From: Raja brachyura
Lineage: Eukaryota
Assembly: GCA_963514005.1 (NCBI GenBank)
Contig: OY740788.1
Coordinates: 88,288,001 to 88,352,000 of the forward strand
Direction of reading: 5' to 3'
DNA: 64,000 bases
This document shows, one piece after another, positions 60,701-64,000 of this stretch. A program made the translations under genes and the position numbers. The notes under the pieces were generated by a model. It did not search any database. It was given only the letters and a program-made list of their open reading frames with translations, and was not told the DNA's origin. Numbering within the stretch: position 1 is the stretch's first letter; the number at the start of each line of letters is the position of its first letter.

Positions 60701-63700
60701 GTACTTTGGATAACTATTTAGATAGATCATCAACTAAAAGGAAGGCTATATCTAAATCAAGTGAATTCATAAATTTGTTTATTAGTTCAGCTAATGTCAA
60801 GGATGTTTGGAGAAATGATAATCCCACTGGTCGGGAATACTCATCCTATTCTCCGGTATTCGGAACTTATTCTAGGATAGATTATTTTTTAATAGCTTCA
60901 AAGCTTATTCCATTCACGTATGACTCAAAATATCATAATATTATTATTTCAGATCATGCCCCATTAACATTCAAGATTAATTTAAAGGGTATAACTAATA
61001 GATATTCGCAATGGAGACTCAATCCTCAAATATTAAGTGATAAGGCTTGTTATGATTATCTGGTTAAACAGATTGAACTATTATTTGAGACGAATGATAA
61101 ACCTGGAATTTCTTCGTCTCTTCTATGGGACACATTTAAAGCTTTTATACGTGGTGCTATAATATCTGCGCAGGCACACCTTAATAAGGAAAATCGAAAG
61201 ATTCAACTGAATTTGGAAAATAAAATAAAGCAATTCGACATGGAAAATGCTATATCACCATCTAGGGTGATATATAACAAAATTGCAACATTAAAATATA
61301 AGTTAAATGAGATACAATCAAAGTATGTTATTAAACTTTTTCAACAGACTAAACAAGTACATTTTGAATTCGGGGATAAACCACATAAACTGTTAGCTCG
61401 TCAACTTAGAAAATCAGATGAAGAAAAAATGATATATAAAGTTAGATCTGAACAAGGAGAAATACTAACTTTACCAAAAGATATTAATGATAGATTCCAG
61501 CAATACTATCAAAAACTTTACACATCCAAACTGACGGGTCAATGTGATGGAAGGGAAGCATTCCTACATGAATGTCATATTAATGGATTAGATCAGGAAG
61601 GTAGAGATTTGTTAGACGCTGAAATATCAGCAAAAGATATTGAGGAATCAATCAGATCATTGAAAAATGGTAAAGTTGCTGGCCCCGACGGTTTAGGTGT
61701 TGAATTTTATAAGAAGTTTCATGATTTGATTTCCCCACGTCTACAAACAATATATAAAGATGCCTATGAGCAAGAACAACTACCAGAAACCCTAAAATAA
61801 TCTACAATTACACTCATTCCTAAAGATCTAGAAGACCCAGGATCATATAGAGCAATTGCACTTCTAAATACGGATCAAAAAATATTAACTAAAATTTTAT
61901 CTCAAAGGTTAAGTTTAGTGATCAATAAATTAATACATCATGATCAAACAGGCTTTATCCCTAAACGCTATTCCACTTATAATTTGTGACGTCTATTCAA
62001 TATCATATATTCAAAAAGAATTAATGATATTGAATTAGCTGTTATATCCCTGGACGCAGAAAAAGCATTTGACCAGGTTGAATGGCCTTACCTATTTAGG
62101 ATAATGCAGAAATTTCAACTGGGGGAAGGATTTTGTAAATGGGTTAGAATTTTATATTCTGGCCCAACAGCAAGAATCCTAACAAATCAAATGTTATCAG
62201 CAAAATTTAATCTCTCTAGGGTTTGTAGACAAGGTTGTCCGTTATCACCTTTATTATTCGCACTTGTAATAGAATTATTAGCCGAAAGGATTAGATCGGA
62301 ACCAGAAATTTATGGATATAATACCAATACCACAATTAATAAAATATCTTTATATGCAGATGACGTCCTAATATACATAACAAAACCAGAGATTAGTATC
62401 CCTAAGTTACTTAATGTTATAACTGAATTTAGTATGTTCTCAGGATATAGAATTAATTGGAATAAAAGTGAAATTATGCCTATAACAGGAATAAAATTAA
62501 ATAAATTACAAAAATTTCCATTTAAAATAGTTAATGATCAAATTAAATATCTTGGAATTAATGTATGCAAATCTTATAATTCTCTATTTAAATCATTTAA
62601 TTCCTAATTAAATTTAGGAATTATAAGGATAGAACATCTTTACAGGAATGGGAAATTTCTCTCATTTCAAGAATTGAAAGATATTTATGGATTGCACGCA
62701 AATAACTTACTTAGATATTTACAAATCAGAGATTATGTTAAATCAAATACGCAAGATTATAGAAATAGAGAACCAGGTTTACTGGATGAAGTGCTTAATA
62801 AGCATCCAAACACAGAGAAATTAATAGCATATATATATAATATCCTTTTGGACAGGGAAATACCAACAACAGAATCATTTCGACAAATATGGGAAAATGA
62901 AACTGGTTTACCGATATTAAAAGACTTTTGGGAAGAAAGTTTACAACGTATACATCGTTGTTCGTTAAATGCCAGACATACTTTGATACAATTCAAAGTA
63001 TTACATAGATTACATTATTCAAAAAAGAAATTAAATAGAATTTTTCCTAATATATCACCATTGTGTGATAAATGTCAGCACATAGAAGCTGATTTATAGT
63101 TTTTTAATATGCACAAAACTTAATAGTTATTGGACTGAGATTTTTAAAATTATTTCTATAGTTCTTAAGATTACATTAAATCCTGACCCAAAGCTAATAA
63201 TATTTGGTGTTTTAGATTCAAATCAAACATTAACAGCAAATCAAAGAAATTTTCTTGATTACTGTTTAATGATTGGAAAAAAATTAATATTAAAATTTTG
63301 GAAGGGACCATTATCCCCTACAATCAAAATGTGGTCAGTGGAAATGTTGGAGACGTTGCAATTGGAGAAAATTAGGTTTATCCTAATGGATAAACACGAA
63401 CTTTTTGAACAAATATGGTCTCCATTCACTGATTATATGAAGGGGTAGCTGGGCTCAGCATTGAAACTCAACAAGTACCCGGTGGTAAGATCAGATGAAA
63501 AGGTTTAATCTGAGATTTGTATACTCGTCTCTATATATATATTATTAGAAATTGTTCCATTCATTGTTAAGATGTATACTTTTTTTCTATTTTTAAGTAT
63601 AATAATTGTTTGTTAGTAATATGGGTTTTTAACTTTTTTTTTGTTTTTTTTTAATTCTTAAAAAAAAAAATTTTTTTCCTTTCTCTTCTCACATATAATC

Positions 63701-64000
63701 AAAATTATAATCACATTTTTTAAATTAAACATCTATTCTTTCTTTACTCTTTTTTCTCTTCACTATTAAAAAAATTGAGGCTTATATATATTGCTTTGTA
63801 ATACATATAATTTTGGAAATATGTAATATGTATATCTGAAAAAATTATTACACTATTTGTAATACATATGGCCTCTAATAAAAATATATTAAAATGGGGA
63901 GTATGGGTAAGTGGTGGAATATTGCGTTGGGGGATGGGGACCCAACAGGTCCGTGCTTGGTCTAGTATATAGTACTAAAACTCTTGTCTTGTATGTATGT
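57701..64000 (+). mobile_element. Head-to-tail non-autonomous Helitron-like units (second unit split by L1)
   Basis: Units end with a ggac..gtcc hairpin plus CTAG at 58043-58046 and 63962-63965. Each end is followed directly by a new unit start (tctattactaaa, tatatagtactaaaa). Confidence 0.65.
58343..63894 (+). mobile_element. Full-length decayed L1 LINE (ORF1 and ORF2)
   Basis: ORF1 coiled coil plus R.NLRIVGV.EG.E...RAHR...IFRDY. ORF2 WNVKG, LQET, YSRIDY, SDHAP, GPDG, RQGCPLSPLLF, YADD, CDKC. Stops and frameshifts are present, with AATAAA at about 63877. Confidence 0.93.

Overview
Vertebrate genomic DNA, most likely from a cartilaginous fish and probably a skate or ray (inferred from the CR1, V-SINE and Penelope repeat landscape). 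Most of the window is transposable elements: about 14 CR1 LINE copies, Rex1/Babar, an RTE-X-like LINE, a near-intact Tx1, L1, an R2-Hero fragment, two DIRS tyrosine-recombinase retroelements, an ERV relic, a solo LTR, tandem Helitron-like units, TIR elements and SINEs. There are two assembly gaps. The only host-gene content I can support is four + strand immunoglobulin V-type exons between 32.2 and 55.9 kb. In each, V and the J-like G strand are already joined in one phase-1 exon, there is no RSS, and the CDR3-equivalent loop is fixed at 6 residues (C-x-x-W-x-x-I). They alternate as type a, b, a', b'. V1 (32458-32820, with a candidate leader exon) and V2 (40411-40755) are intact. V3 (47493-47604) is truncated by an R2-Hero insertion. 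V4 (55103-55884) is broken by a CR1 insertion and a frameshift, yet shares a 181-nt near-identical tract with V2. The set looks like a non-rearranging, antigen-receptor-like multi-V IgSF cluster undergoing birth-and-death evolution and gene conversion. No C1 or transmembrane exon was identified with confidence. All coordinates and counts were made by eye.
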